IMG/VR virus record: IMGVR_UViG_3300002835_000050
Coordinates: 1 to 64,000 of that record
DNA: 64,000 nt
Strand: one strand, 5' to 3'
Source: a virus
Positions 1-8,442 of this stretch are shown in pieces. Within the stretch, counting starts at the first letter, position 1. Each line of letters begins with the position of its first letter. The notes below the pieces were generated by a model that worked only from the letters and a program-made list of their open reading frames with translations, did no database searches and had not been told where the DNA came from. Made by a program: the position numbers and the translations under genes.

Positions 1-378
1 TCTTATGTGATTCCTTTCTTGGCAAATGTTAAGTTTGTATTGAACCCAGCATTTGACAATGTTCATACTAATGATATTGAGAACCCAATCATTGATGGTT
101 TCCCATTATCTTCTTATTCATTCATTATCTTTGATATCACAGATAACACTAATGACAACATCTTCTTGTTGAAATTATCTTGGGATAATCAATTGAAATG
201 GTGGTACCAAAATGGAACAATGGATTACATGGGACGTACCCAAGGATTCCAGTCTTCTGGACAATTCAATGGATACCGTGTAATGATGTCTCAAACAATG
301 CCAGCTATTTGGGTTAAAGATCCAACTAAAGTTTTGAAAATTGTTATGAGAAATCCAATTACTGGTGGATCATTCTAA
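1..378 (+). CDS. Major capsid protein, C-terminal part (5'-truncated by window)
   Basis: Frame is open from base 1. The C-terminus (...MPAIWVKDPTKVLKIVMRNP) resembles crAss-like MCP ends. High-expression codons (TTC, AAC, ATC, CGT), followed by a strong terminator. Confidence 0.7.
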   Translation, partial: SYVIPFLANVKFVLNPAFDNVHTNDIENPIIDGFPLSSYSFIIFDITDNTNDNIFLLKLSWDNQLKWWYQNGTMDYMGRTQGFQSSGQFNGYRVMMSQTMPAIWVKDPTKVLKIVMRNPITGGSF

Positions 379-394
379 TCTATAATAAACTAAG

Positions 395-429
395 TAGAGA
401 GGGACATTACAGTCTCTCTCTATTTTTTT
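395..429 (+). terminator. Rho-independent terminator after MCP
   Basis: TAGAGAGGGAC-attaca-GTCTCTCTCTA hairpin followed by T7. Confidence 0.85.
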
Positions 430-466
430 AAAAATTAAAACCAATAAAATAAAAACCAACAACAAC

Positions 467-1483
467 ATGGAAAATTTCACAATGGTAGAAACAGGGAATG
501 GAACAGTAAAGCAAACAGCTATTGCAGTTAGACCATTCTTTGATGCAAGTGCTTCTAATATGGGTTTAGAAGATTATGGTATGTCTCTTTTTGATGGTGT
601 TCAACATCATGAACAAGTAGCATGCTTAGAAAACAATGGAGTAGTAAGATACATAACTGGTCTTAATGAATTTGCTCCAGAAATTAAATTACTTAATGCA
701 GAAGACAGAGATGCTAGAGTAAAAGAAATAAGAAATGCAATTGCAGAATTAGAAAAAGAATTAGCTGCAAATGTATTAGATGTAGAGGATGTGCAGTTCT
801 GGAATAAAGTAAAATTACTTAAACCAGATAACCATGACTTTTGGAATAGAATATCAATTGCTTGTGGAAATGAGCCAGTATTCTTAGATCCAAGAGATCC
901 TTATGATAGAATTAAATTATTTGCTATTGAAGCTGGTGGGTTTTCAATTGTATCTAAAAGTTTTGAAGATGCAAGATCAAGACCAGTAGCTCCTAAGTTT
1001 TACTTAGATAAAACAGAAGAGACAGTTAGCACAAGAACTGAATACAAGAAAATGCGTAACAAAGCATTGTCTGAGCTTCAGAAATTATTTGACAAAAATA
1101 GTACTAAGTTATTCTACATTGCAAAAGTTGTAGATATCAATAGTACACAGTATAAGAAGTCTACTCCAAATGATGTCATCTATGAGAACATGGATAACTT
1201 CATTAACGGAATAGGTGGAGAAACAAACTTAGAGCGTGCAGCTAAATCATTTATTGATACTGCAAGTATGGATATGGAAACACTAAAAATTAAATCAATT
1301 GTTAGAGATTCCATATTTTTTAAGTATATTATAAATAAGGCAGATGGTTATATCTATCACACAAAATCTAGTGCAATGCTAGGAAGAAATGTGTCTGATG
1401 TAGTAGAGCACTTGAAGAACCCTTTAAATGAGGATATCTTGAAAGATCTAAATCAATCTGTAGAGAAGTATTGGAATTCATAA
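467..1483 (+). CDS. Conserved crAss-like protein encoded immediately downstream of MCP (function unknown)
   Basis: 338-aa ORF with A-rich leader; position next to the capsid gene. Confidence 0.6.
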   Translation: MENFTMVETGNGTVKQTAIAVRPFFDASASNMGLEDYGMSLFDGVQHHEQVACLENNGVVRYITGLNEFAPEIKLLNAEDRDARVKEIRNAIAELEKELAANVLDVEDVQFWNKVKLLKPDNHDFWNRISIACGNEPVFLDPRDPYDRIKLFAIEAGGFSIVSKSFEDARSRPVAPKFYLDKTEETVSTRTEYKKMRNKALSELQKLFDKNSTKLFYIAKVVDINSTQYKKSTPNDVIYENMDNFINGIGGETNLERAAKSFIDTASMDMETLKIKSIVRDSIFFKYIINKADGYIYHTKSSAMLGRNVSDVVEHLKNPLNEDILKDLNQSVEKYWNS

Positions 1484-1496
1484 AATTAAAATAAAA

Positions 1497-2615
1497 ATGG
1501 CTAAGAAAACTGTAAAAAGAAACACCGTACCACCAATTGATCTTTCAACTAGTATGATGTTTAAGAATAATCCAAAAGTTGTTAAACCTACAGTTAGTAA
1601 ATCTAAAACTGTTAAACCTACTGGTGTAACTAGAAAGGCTACAGAAGATCCTAATTATAGAAATTTACAGAATAAATTAAATGCTCGTGTAGTTTATGAC
1701 TATGAAAAAAAGAAAACTCCAGAGTCAAAAAAATCTGAAAGCAAAACTGTAACTAAAGCTCCAGCTAAAACTGTATCTCAAATTTGGAAAGAAAAAACAG
1801 GTAAAGATTGGTCAGAAGCTAAAAAATTAGGATTGTCTGATGGGTCAGCTTCTTCTAATATGGCTTTATTGAAAAAACTTAATTCAGGTAGTTTAAGTAA
1901 CTCAGACTTAAGTTCATCAAAATTTAAAGAAGTTGGTACATTAGAGCCAAAAAAAGCAACTGAAATATCTACAACTAACAATAATACAACAATGAAAAAA
2001 GGAGGATCTATTAAAAAGATGGCAAATGGTGGTGTAACACCAAGTGACAGTACAAAAATTTATGTAAAGAAAGCTGAAAAAGCTCTAGGTGCAGGAGACA
2101 TGAAAAAAGGCAAAAAAGCCTTAAGTGATGCTGCACGTCAAGGGCTGAAAGGTAAAGCTGGATTTGATGAATTAGGTAAGTGGAAGTATAAAACAGGTGG
2201 CACTAAGACTTCTAAACTTAAAGAAGGTATTAAATCAACACCAGGTGCTAAAACTGTTATTAAGGCTGTAAAATCAATGCCTGAATATAAAGCTTATAAA
2301 GCAGTTGGTAAAACTGCAAAAAGTATTGATGATAGTATAGAAAAAAGATATCCTAACTATACAGGTAAAGGATCTATGTATGATGGAGCAAAACAAGCTG
2401 CTAAAACTTTATTAGGTTATAAAACTGGTGGTATGGTAAATTCTAATGCAAAAGTTACTGCATCTAAAGTTGCTAAAGGTAGACCTGCTAAATCTGCTGA
2501 ACCAAGAACTGCAGCTAAAAAAGCTACAGGTAAAGTAGGTGGAGTTTCTAAAGCTCCAAAAGCGGCTGCACCAAAAATGAAAATGGGTGGTAGCATGAAA
2601 AAGAAAAGTTGTTAA
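1497..2615 (+). CDS. Lys-rich basic protein with repeated MKKGG/YKTGG motifs (putative internal/DNA-condensing virion protein)
   Basis: Very Lys/Ala/Ser-rich; MKKGG, MANGG, YKTGG x2, MKMGG. Confidence 0.55.
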   Translation: MAKKTVKRNTVPPIDLSTSMMFKNNPKVVKPTVSKSKTVKPTGVTRKATEDPNYRNLQNKLNARVVYDYEKKKTPESKKSESKTVTKAPAKTVSQIWKEKTGKDWSEAKKLGLSDGSASSNMALLKKLNSGSLSNSDLSSSKFKEVGTLEPKKATEISTTNNNTTMKKGGSIKKMANGGVTPSDSTKIYVKKAEKALGAGDMKKGKKALSDAARQGLKGKAGFDELGKWKYKTGGTKTSKLKEGIKSTPGAKTVIKAVKSMPEYKAYKAVGKTAKSIDDSIEKRYPNYTGKGSMYDGAKQAAKTLLGYKTGGMVNSNAKVTASKVAKGRPAKSAEPRTAAKKATGKVGGVSKAPKAAAPKMKMGGSMKKKSC

Positions 2616-2616
2616 T

Positions 2617-2955
2617 ATGCCAAAAGATGCTTGTTATACAAAAGTAAAAGCACAGTATGCTGTGTTTCCTTCAGCAAGAGCTTCACAAGCAATTGCTAAA
2701 TGTAGGAAAGGTTCTGGTATTGTTAGAAAAACAAAAGCTGGAACAGACTTAAAAAGATGGCAATCAGAAAAATGGCAAGATACTAAATCAGGAAAAGCTT
2801 GTGGTGCCGGTGGTAAAAATGAATACTGCCGGCCAACAAGAAGAGTATCTAAGGATACACCAAAAACAAAAAGTGAATTAACACCTTTTAAACTAGCTGC
2901 TAAAAAAGCTGAAAAGTCTAGAGTAGGAATGGGAAGAAGAGTTAAAAAAGTATAG
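2617..2955 (+). CDS. Small basic Cys-containing phage protein (DUF5872-like)
   Basis: DACYxKVKxxYxVFPSA...LKRWxxEKWxD...YCRP pattern recalled from phage hypothetical proteins. Confidence 0.5.
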   Translation: MPKDACYTKVKAQYAVFPSARASQAIAKCRKGSGIVRKTKAGTDLKRWQSEKWQDTKSGKACGAGGKNEYCRPTRRVSKDTPKTKSELTPFKLAAKKAEKSRVGMGRRVKKV

Positions 2956-2957
2956 TT

Positions 2958-3467
2958 ATGGCAGGTAAAGTTAAATTTTCTACAGGTAATGAAAAACATG
3001 TAGTTTATAAAAAAGCTACTAAAAAAGGTGAAGGTAAAGTTGGTGACATTATGGTTAACCATACAAACAAAAACAAAGGTACATATGATACTATTAGTTT
3101 AACCAGAACTGCAAATGCTAAGACTGTAAAACAAGGTGTTTCTGCTGAAAAAAATTGGCACAAACAAAATGATAAAACACCTAAAATGAAAACTGGAGGA
3201 TCTACACCTGCATGGACGAGATCAGAAGGAAAGAATAAAACTGGTGGTTTAAATGCTAAGGGTGTTGCTTCTTATAGAGCTGCAAATCCAGGTAGTAAAT
3301 TAAAGATGGCTGTTACAACTAAACCATCTAAATTAGATCCAGATAGTAAAGATGCTAAGAGACGCAAGAGTTTTTGTAGCAGAATGTCTGGGGTATCTGG
3401 TCCTATGAAGGATGAGAAGGGAAGACCTACAAGAAAAGCATTAGCTTTAAGAAAATGGAACTGTTAA
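2958..3467 (+). CDS. Basic two-module protein with C-terminal DUF6321-like domain
   Basis: PAWTRSEGKNKTGGLNAKG...RRKSFCSRMSG...GPMKDEKGRPTRKALALRKWNC, preceded by MKTGG. Confidence 0.6.
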   Translation: MAGKVKFSTGNEKHVVYKKATKKGEGKVGDIMVNHTNKNKGTYDTISLTRTANAKTVKQGVSAEKNWHKQNDKTPKMKTGGSTPAWTRSEGKNKTGGLNAKGVASYRAANPGSKLKMAVTTKPSKLDPDSKDAKRRKSFCSRMSGVSGPMKDEKGRPTRKALALRKWNC

Positions 3468-3480
3468 ATTTATTTATATT

Positions 3481-4365
3481 ATGAAAAAGTGTATGAAATG
3501 TGGAGGTTCCACAAAAATGGCTAAAGGTGGTACTGTATCAAAACCATTTGCTGCTGGTATTCCTTATGCTTCTGGTGCTGGTGCAACAGATGGTAAAAAC
3601 GGAATGATGAAAAAAGGTGGTGCTGTTAAAAAAGCTTTACCTAAAGCTCAAGATGGGAAAACTGTTAAAAAAGTTGGTCCTAATAAATATGCTAAAGATC
3701 AAGTAATTGTAAATAAAAAAGATGGTTCTTCAGCTTCATATGTTGCAACAAATAAAGGAACTGTATATTCTACAAAAAATAAAAAAAATGGTCCAGCAGA
3801 TGTTTTAAGTATTGATACAACAGGTTACTCAAAAGGTAAACCAAATTATGATCAAATTTATACAGGAAATGCGGGTTATAACAAAAGTACTGTAAAAAGA
3901 AAAGATGTTAAACCTTTATTAAAATCTATGAAAAAAGAAACATTAAGTTTTAAAACTGGTGGAATAACTAAAGGTGGTGTATCTGGTGAAGAACTAAGAA
4001 ACCGCGGAATTGATATGAAATACAATGGTATAGATTTAAAAGATGCTGGTACTTACCAAAAAGAACTTGGTAGAGAAATGAAAGCTGTTGGTAAAGGTTC
4101 AAAAGCTAGAGGAATGGCTATGAAAGAAAAAGGAAAAGCTTTAAAACAAGAAGCTCTTGATAAATTAAGACCTAGAAAAGTAACACAAAATTTAATGATT
4201 AATCCTGATAAAAGATCAATGTCAGCAACAGGACCAAAACCTATGATGGCTAAAAAAGGAGGAGCTGTTAAAAATGCTAAGTTAGCTGCACTTGCCGCTC
4301 CAAAAAATAAAATCACTAGAGCTGATGTTATTGTAGGTGCTAAAAGAAATGCTAAAAAGAAATAA
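3481..4365 (+). CDS. Lys-rich basic protein with repeated GG motifs
   Basis: MKCGG, MAKGG, MKKGG, FKTGG, AKKGG; C-terminal LAALAAPKNKITRADVI module. Confidence 0.55.
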   Translation: MKKCMKCGGSTKMAKGGTVSKPFAAGIPYASGAGATDGKNGMMKKGGAVKKALPKAQDGKTVKKVGPNKYAKDQVIVNKKDGSSASYVATNKGTVYSTKNKKNGPADVLSIDTTGYSKGKPNYDQIYTGNAGYNKSTVKRKDVKPLLKSMKKETLSFKTGGITKGGVSGEELRNRGIDMKYNGIDLKDAGTYQKELGREMKAVGKGSKARGMAMKEKGKALKQEALDKLRPRKVTQNLMINPDKRSMSATGPKPMMAKKGGAVKNAKLAALAAPKNKITRADVIVGAKRNAKKK

Positions 4366-4367
4366 TC

Positions 4368-4610
4368 ATGGCAACAACTAGAGCTGTAAAAACTTCTTGT
4401 AAAAATACAAAAGTTAGATCTGCAAGCGGATCATGTGTTAGTGAAAGACCATCAATGAAAAAAGGTGGAGTTGTCAAAGATAAGAAGTGGATTCAAAAAG
4501 CTATTAACCCAGCTCATAAAGGATTTTGTACACCGCTTACTAAAAAAACTTGCACACCAAAAAGAAAAGCTCTTGCTATTACTTTAAAAAAAATAGCTAA
4601 AAAGAAATAA
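4368..4610 (+). CDS. Small basic protein (MKKGG followed by KKWIQKAI module)
   Basis: 80-aa ORF tightly packed between neighbours. Confidence 0.55.
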   Translation: MATTRAVKTSCKNTKVRSASGSCVSERPSMKKGGVVKDKKWIQKAINPAHKGFCTPLTKKTCTPKRKALAITLKKIAKKK

Positions 4611-4613
4611 GAC

Positions 4614-5312
4614 ATGCAAAACAGTGTACTTACAATAAAGATTAAACAAAGGCTAAATAAATTAGATAGCAATGACTATGACAACATAGAATGCTGGCAA
4701 GTTGTGGAGGCATTTAATAAAGCCCAAGTTGAGTGGTCTAGAAGACAACTTCATGGAATCAATCTTGTTAAAGAAGGAGATGAACAATCTACCAGAAGAA
4801 AAGATGATTTACAGGTCTTGTTAAGAACACATGACTTAGTACTTGCAAATAAAGATTATTACTTTAGAGCTCCTCTTCCATTAGACTACATGCAATGGAA
4901 AAGAGTAGATGCCTATGCTAAGAAAGACTGTTGTGACAAAAGAAGAATGACTGTTTATCTTGCTGAAGAAGGTAATCTTAATCAACTCTTGAGAGATAAA
5001 TCTAAACAGCCAAATTTTGAATGGTCAGAAACATTTGCTACTTTAATAGATAATACAGTTCATATTTATACTAATAATGACTTTGATGTAGAATCAGGAG
5101 ACTTAGTATATTATAGACAACCTGTTAAAATTCAAATTCAAGGATGTGTAGACCCATATACTGGACAAGCTTCTCCTGTAAATGTAGACTCAGAGTTTAA
5201 AGATGATATAGTAGAATTAATAATAGATGAAGCAGCTGCTATATTAGCTGGAGATATTGAGTCAGGAAACCAATTCTCTAGAGGTACAGAAGGTGCAGAA
5301 CGCAATAACTAA
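4614..5312 (+). CDS. Putative head-tail ring/adaptor protein
   Basis: RLNKLDS...FNKAQ, LPxDY, YYRQP, helical C-terminus (ELIIDEAAAILAGDIE), typical of crAss-like ring proteins. Confidence 0.55.
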   Translation: MQNSVLTIKIKQRLNKLDSNDYDNIECWQVVEAFNKAQVEWSRRQLHGINLVKEGDEQSTRRKDDLQVLLRTHDLVLANKDYYFRAPLPLDYMQWKRVDAYAKKDCCDKRRMTVYLAEEGNLNQLLRDKSKQPNFEWSETFATLIDNTVHIYTNNDFDVESGDLVYYRQPVKIQIQGCVDPYTGQASPVNVDSEFKDDIVELIIDEAAAILAGDIESGNQFSRGTEGAERNN

Positions 5313-5314
5313 TT

Positions 5315-5833
5315 ATGGAAACTAAAGGAAGATTATTAAAAAGAAATCCTGAACCTACTAAAACAATTAGTAGACCACAGGTTAATGTAACACAACCTAA
5401 GAGTGAACCAGCTAAACCTCAACCTACTCCAGATACAGGTGTAGGGGGAAGTTCATTAGATACAATGACTGCAGCATGTGCAACAGAGATGATGAATGCA
5501 GCAATTAGTTTTCATAGACTTCATTTAAAAGTAAAAGGAGATGGTTCTTATGCAGCACATAAAGCTCTTGGAAATTTTTATGAAGGACTTCATGATCAAG
5601 CAGATACACTGGTAGAAGGATATCAAGGAGTATGTGAAAAACTTTTATCATATAAAGATTCACCTATTAGAACTCTAGATACTGTGTCAGATGCTATAGG
5701 TTACTTAAGAGACATGTACAACATGGTAAATAAATTACAAGGTATGATGCCTTACTCAGAAATTGTCAACAATCTGGATCTTGTAAAAGATTCAATTAAT
5801 AGCACTAAGTATAAGTTACTTTTCTTGAAATAA
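5315..5833 (+). CDS. Ferritin/Dps-like four-helix protein (DUF5856-like) with Pro-rich N-terminal extension
   Basis: HRLHL..G.GSYAAHKALGNFYEGLHDQADTLVEGYQG...TKYKL; His/Asp/Glu spacing of Dps-like bundles. Confidence 0.7.
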   Translation: METKGRLLKRNPEPTKTISRPQVNVTQPKSEPAKPQPTPDTGVGGSSLDTMTAACATEMMNAAISFHRLHLKVKGDGSYAAHKALGNFYEGLHDQADTLVEGYQGVCEKLLSYKDSPIRTLDTVSDAIGYLRDMYNMVNKLQGMMPYSEIVNNLDLVKDSINSTKYKLLFLK

Positions 5834-5834
5834 T

Positions 5835-5865
5835 TTTGTTAATTCAAAAAGTTTTGTTATATTAT
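5835..5865 (+). promoter_or_regulatory. Putative late promoter (TTTG-N19-TATATTAT)
   Basis: TTTG at 5835, TATATT at 5858; the motif recurs before other late genes. Confidence 0.55.
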
Positions 5866-5899
5866 AGTATATTATATTATTAACTAAAAAAAAAATAAA

Positions 5900-7585
5900 A
5901 TGGCTTATTTTAATCATGCTTTCAAAAAAAGCTTTCTAGCAACAGGACCGACACAAAATGCGTTTCCTGTTACTCTTCCAAATGGAACTACTGTTAATGC
6001 TACAACATCTTTAGGTTATGTGGTATCAAATGGTATTCCTACTTATGGTTTAAATCAATTATCTGCAATTAGAGTTGGTACTTACGGTACAGCTACTACA
6101 GAAACTACTGATGGGTACATTGGATGGTTTAACCCAAAAACAAATTTATCAGTTGATATCAATGATGAAGGATTTGCACCTTGTTGTAATTTATATCTTG
6201 CTGGTTCAGCAATTTATTCAAATGATAAGATTGGTCCTTTAGCAGGTGGTTACCAAGAGACTAACAAGTCTAAAATGGTTAACCCTAAATATGTATCTAG
6301 ATTTTATCAAGTAAATCCATGTACTCCACAAAACAATGTAATTCACGTAGGTTCTACTTACTGGACTGCAGGTGGTGGTGCTTTAACTGTTGATACTTTA
6401 GTAGCTGGTACAGGTTATGCTGACGGTACTTATGCTGTTGAAGTTACAACTACTGGTGATGGTGTAGGTGCTATCTTAGAAATCGTTGTTACAGGTGGAA
6501 CAGTTGATTCAGCTACAGTTTTAAATCCTGGTAAAGGATATTTAGTAAATGATACATTAACTTTAGTTGGTGGTAATGATGATGCTACTGTAGATGTTGC
6601 TACAATTACTACAGCTCATGCACAAGAAGGTTGTGGTATTACAACTAACTGTTGTAAAGAATTTTTATGTGGTGAGACTTATAACTTACGTATTGATGTT
6701 AAAGGTTCTCCTGCATTACGTTTCTTAGATCACAATGCTTACTACACTGCGGATGCTTACACGGGATGTTGTCCAGAAGGATCTATTGCACCAGTTGCAG
6801 TTGACTCTACTGAGGTAATGATCAAATGGGCAAGTGCTTTAACTAATAGTCCAATTGTATCTCCTTTCTTACAAGTTGTTGTACAAGCTGAAGATGGTCA
6901 ATTATTGTATGCTCCTGGAACATCTGCTACATTCTTAGCTGATAATGGAGCTATCACTTGGGATAACTATGCATCTGCTGGTCATACAGACGGAGCTTGT
7001 GCAGGTTTAATCTTGAACGGAGCTTATGTTGATACTAAATTTGGAGATTGTACATTCCAATTGACTGACTTCTATGAAGTTGAGCCAGTTAAATTGTATG
7101 CTTCTGAAGTAGACTTAACAGGAGATCCTTGTACATTTGATGCATTATGTGTTGTTACTGAGTGTCAAGGATTACAAGTTCAAGGTTTAGGAGAAACAGT
7201 TGTAAGAGACTTGACTATGTCAGAGTCTTACAGACAAAATTTCTTGGCTACTGACTTGCGTATCCGTGAGATTACTCAAGGTAACCAAATTATCAGTTCA
7301 GTTAATAGAAGTGCATTATACTACAGATATATGTTACAACACAATGTTCCAAGAAATTACAATCCTTCTGGTACATTTGATTCTGATCAGTACATGTTAG
7401 AGATATTCTCTTTAGATGCTCTTAATACTTTTGCAACTGATACTTCTGGTTGGTTAGAAGCTTGTGGTGTATGTGAAACTAATGTATTAGACAATGCATA
7501 TGCTTGTGATACGGAATGTGATGTTCCAATTGCATTCCCTGCAATCCCTAAATACAATCCTTACAATACAGTTGCTTGTAACTAA
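5900..7585 (+). CDS. Abundant structural protein (auxiliary capsid protein-like), Cys-rich
   Basis: Own promoter and terminator; MCP-like high-expression codon bias; position in the head module. Confidence 0.55.
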   Translation: MAYFNHAFKKSFLATGPTQNAFPVTLPNGTTVNATTSLGYVVSNGIPTYGLNQLSAIRVGTYGTATTETTDGYIGWFNPKTNLSVDINDEGFAPCCNLYLAGSAIYSNDKIGPLAGGYQETNKSKMVNPKYVSRFYQVNPCTPQNNVIHVGSTYWTAGGGALTVDTLVAGTGYADGTYAVEVTTTGDGVGAILEIVVTGGTVDSATVLNPGKGYLVNDTLTLVGGNDDATVDVATITTAHAQEGCGITTNCCKEFLCGETYNLRIDVKGSPALRFLDHNAYYTADAYTGCCPEGSIAPVAVDSTEVMIKWASALTNSPIVSPFLQVVVQAEDGQLLYAPGTSATFLADNGAITWDNYASAGHTDGACAGLILNGAYVDTKFGDCTFQLTDFYEVEPVKLYASEVDLTGDPCTFDALCVVTECQGLQVQGLGETVVRDLTMSESYRQNFLATDLRIREITQGNQIISSVNRSALYYRYMLQHNVPRNYNPSGTFDSDQYMLEIFSLDALNTFATDTSGWLEACGVCETNVLDNAYACDTECDVPIAFPAIPKYNPYNTVACN

Positions 7586-7610
7586 TAAGTAACTCAATTT
7601 TAAAAACAAT

Positions 7611-7649
7611 AAAGGGGAGAAGAGTTCTAAACTCCTATCCCCTTTTTTT
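7611..7649 (+). terminator. Rho-independent terminator
   Basis: AAAGGGGA..GAGTT-cta-AACTC..TCCCCTTT followed by a T tract. Confidence 0.75.
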
Positions 7650-7659
7650 ATTATACAAT

Positions 7660-8202
7660 ATGGCAAATCACGTCTTAAGTTTAGAAGTACCTACAGTTTT
7701 AAATACATGTGTAATGACTGTTATGGACACTAGTGTTTACACTGATCTTATTCCGGTTGTGTGTGATACATTAGCAATCACAGTTCCAGGATTTACATAT
7801 TCAGTTGAATTACCTGTAACAGAAGGTTTTATTGAAAATATAACAGCTTGTGACTTAGGTTTACAAACAACAGACTGTGGTACCAGTTATGTAGAAATAC
7901 CAGATGGTATCTATATAATTAAATACAGTGTTTCTCCAAAGGAACAAGTGTATGTAGAATACAATCATTTGAGAATATCAAAAGCATTAAACATGTATAA
8001 CAAGACTCTATGTGGAGTTGATGTTAATGCATGTGATCCTCCTTTTGTAATTAAAGAAAAACTTGAAGCATTAAGAATGATATTTATGTATCTTCAAGCT
8101 GCAAAAGCAAAAGTAGAAACATGTCATGAACCTCAAAAGGGAATGAGCTTATATAATTATGCTGTAAAGCTTTTGAAGAAAATGGGATGTGTAAATTGTT
8201 AA
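7660..8202 (+). CDS. Structural protein (tail/ring-associated, hypothetical)
   Basis: IPDGIYIIKYSV motif and helical C-terminus; late module. Confidence 0.45.
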   Translation: MANHVLSLEVPTVLNTCVMTVMDTSVYTDLIPVVCDTLAITVPGFTYSVELPVTEGFIENITACDLGLQTTDCGTSYVEIPDGIYIIKYSVSPKEQVYVEYNHLRISKALNMYNKTLCGVDVNACDPPFVIKEKLEALRMIFMYLQAAKAKVETCHEPQKGMSLYNYAVKLLKKMGCVNC

Positions 8203-8223
8203 CAAACTAAAAACCAATAAGTT

Positions 8224-8436
8224 ATGGCAAAGTGTGCAAATTGCGGGGCTAATATGTCTTGCGGATGTCAAAAAAGAGCAGCTTCAAATGGAGCTTCAGC
8301 ATGTTCATCATGTATTAATGGATTAGAAGCAAAATTAAAAAATGCAAAAGTAACAGCAGCTAGAGTTGCTAGTACTGTACAAAAAACAGCTCAACCAAAT
8401 GAATGGGGAGCAAATAGATATAATACAACTAAATAG
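8224..8436 (+). CDS. Small Cys-rich protein (CxxC...CGC...CxxC)
   Basis: 70-aa ORF with AAAAACCAATAA leader. Confidence 0.55.
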   Translation: MAKCANCGANMSCGCQKRAASNGASACSSCINGLEAKLKNAKVTAARVASTVQKTAQPNEWGANRYNTTK

Positions 8437-8442
8437 ATTAAC

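Noticed and set aside
2953-2960. TAG readthrough between the ORFs at 2617 and 2958
   Set aside because: The downstream ATG is in a different frame.
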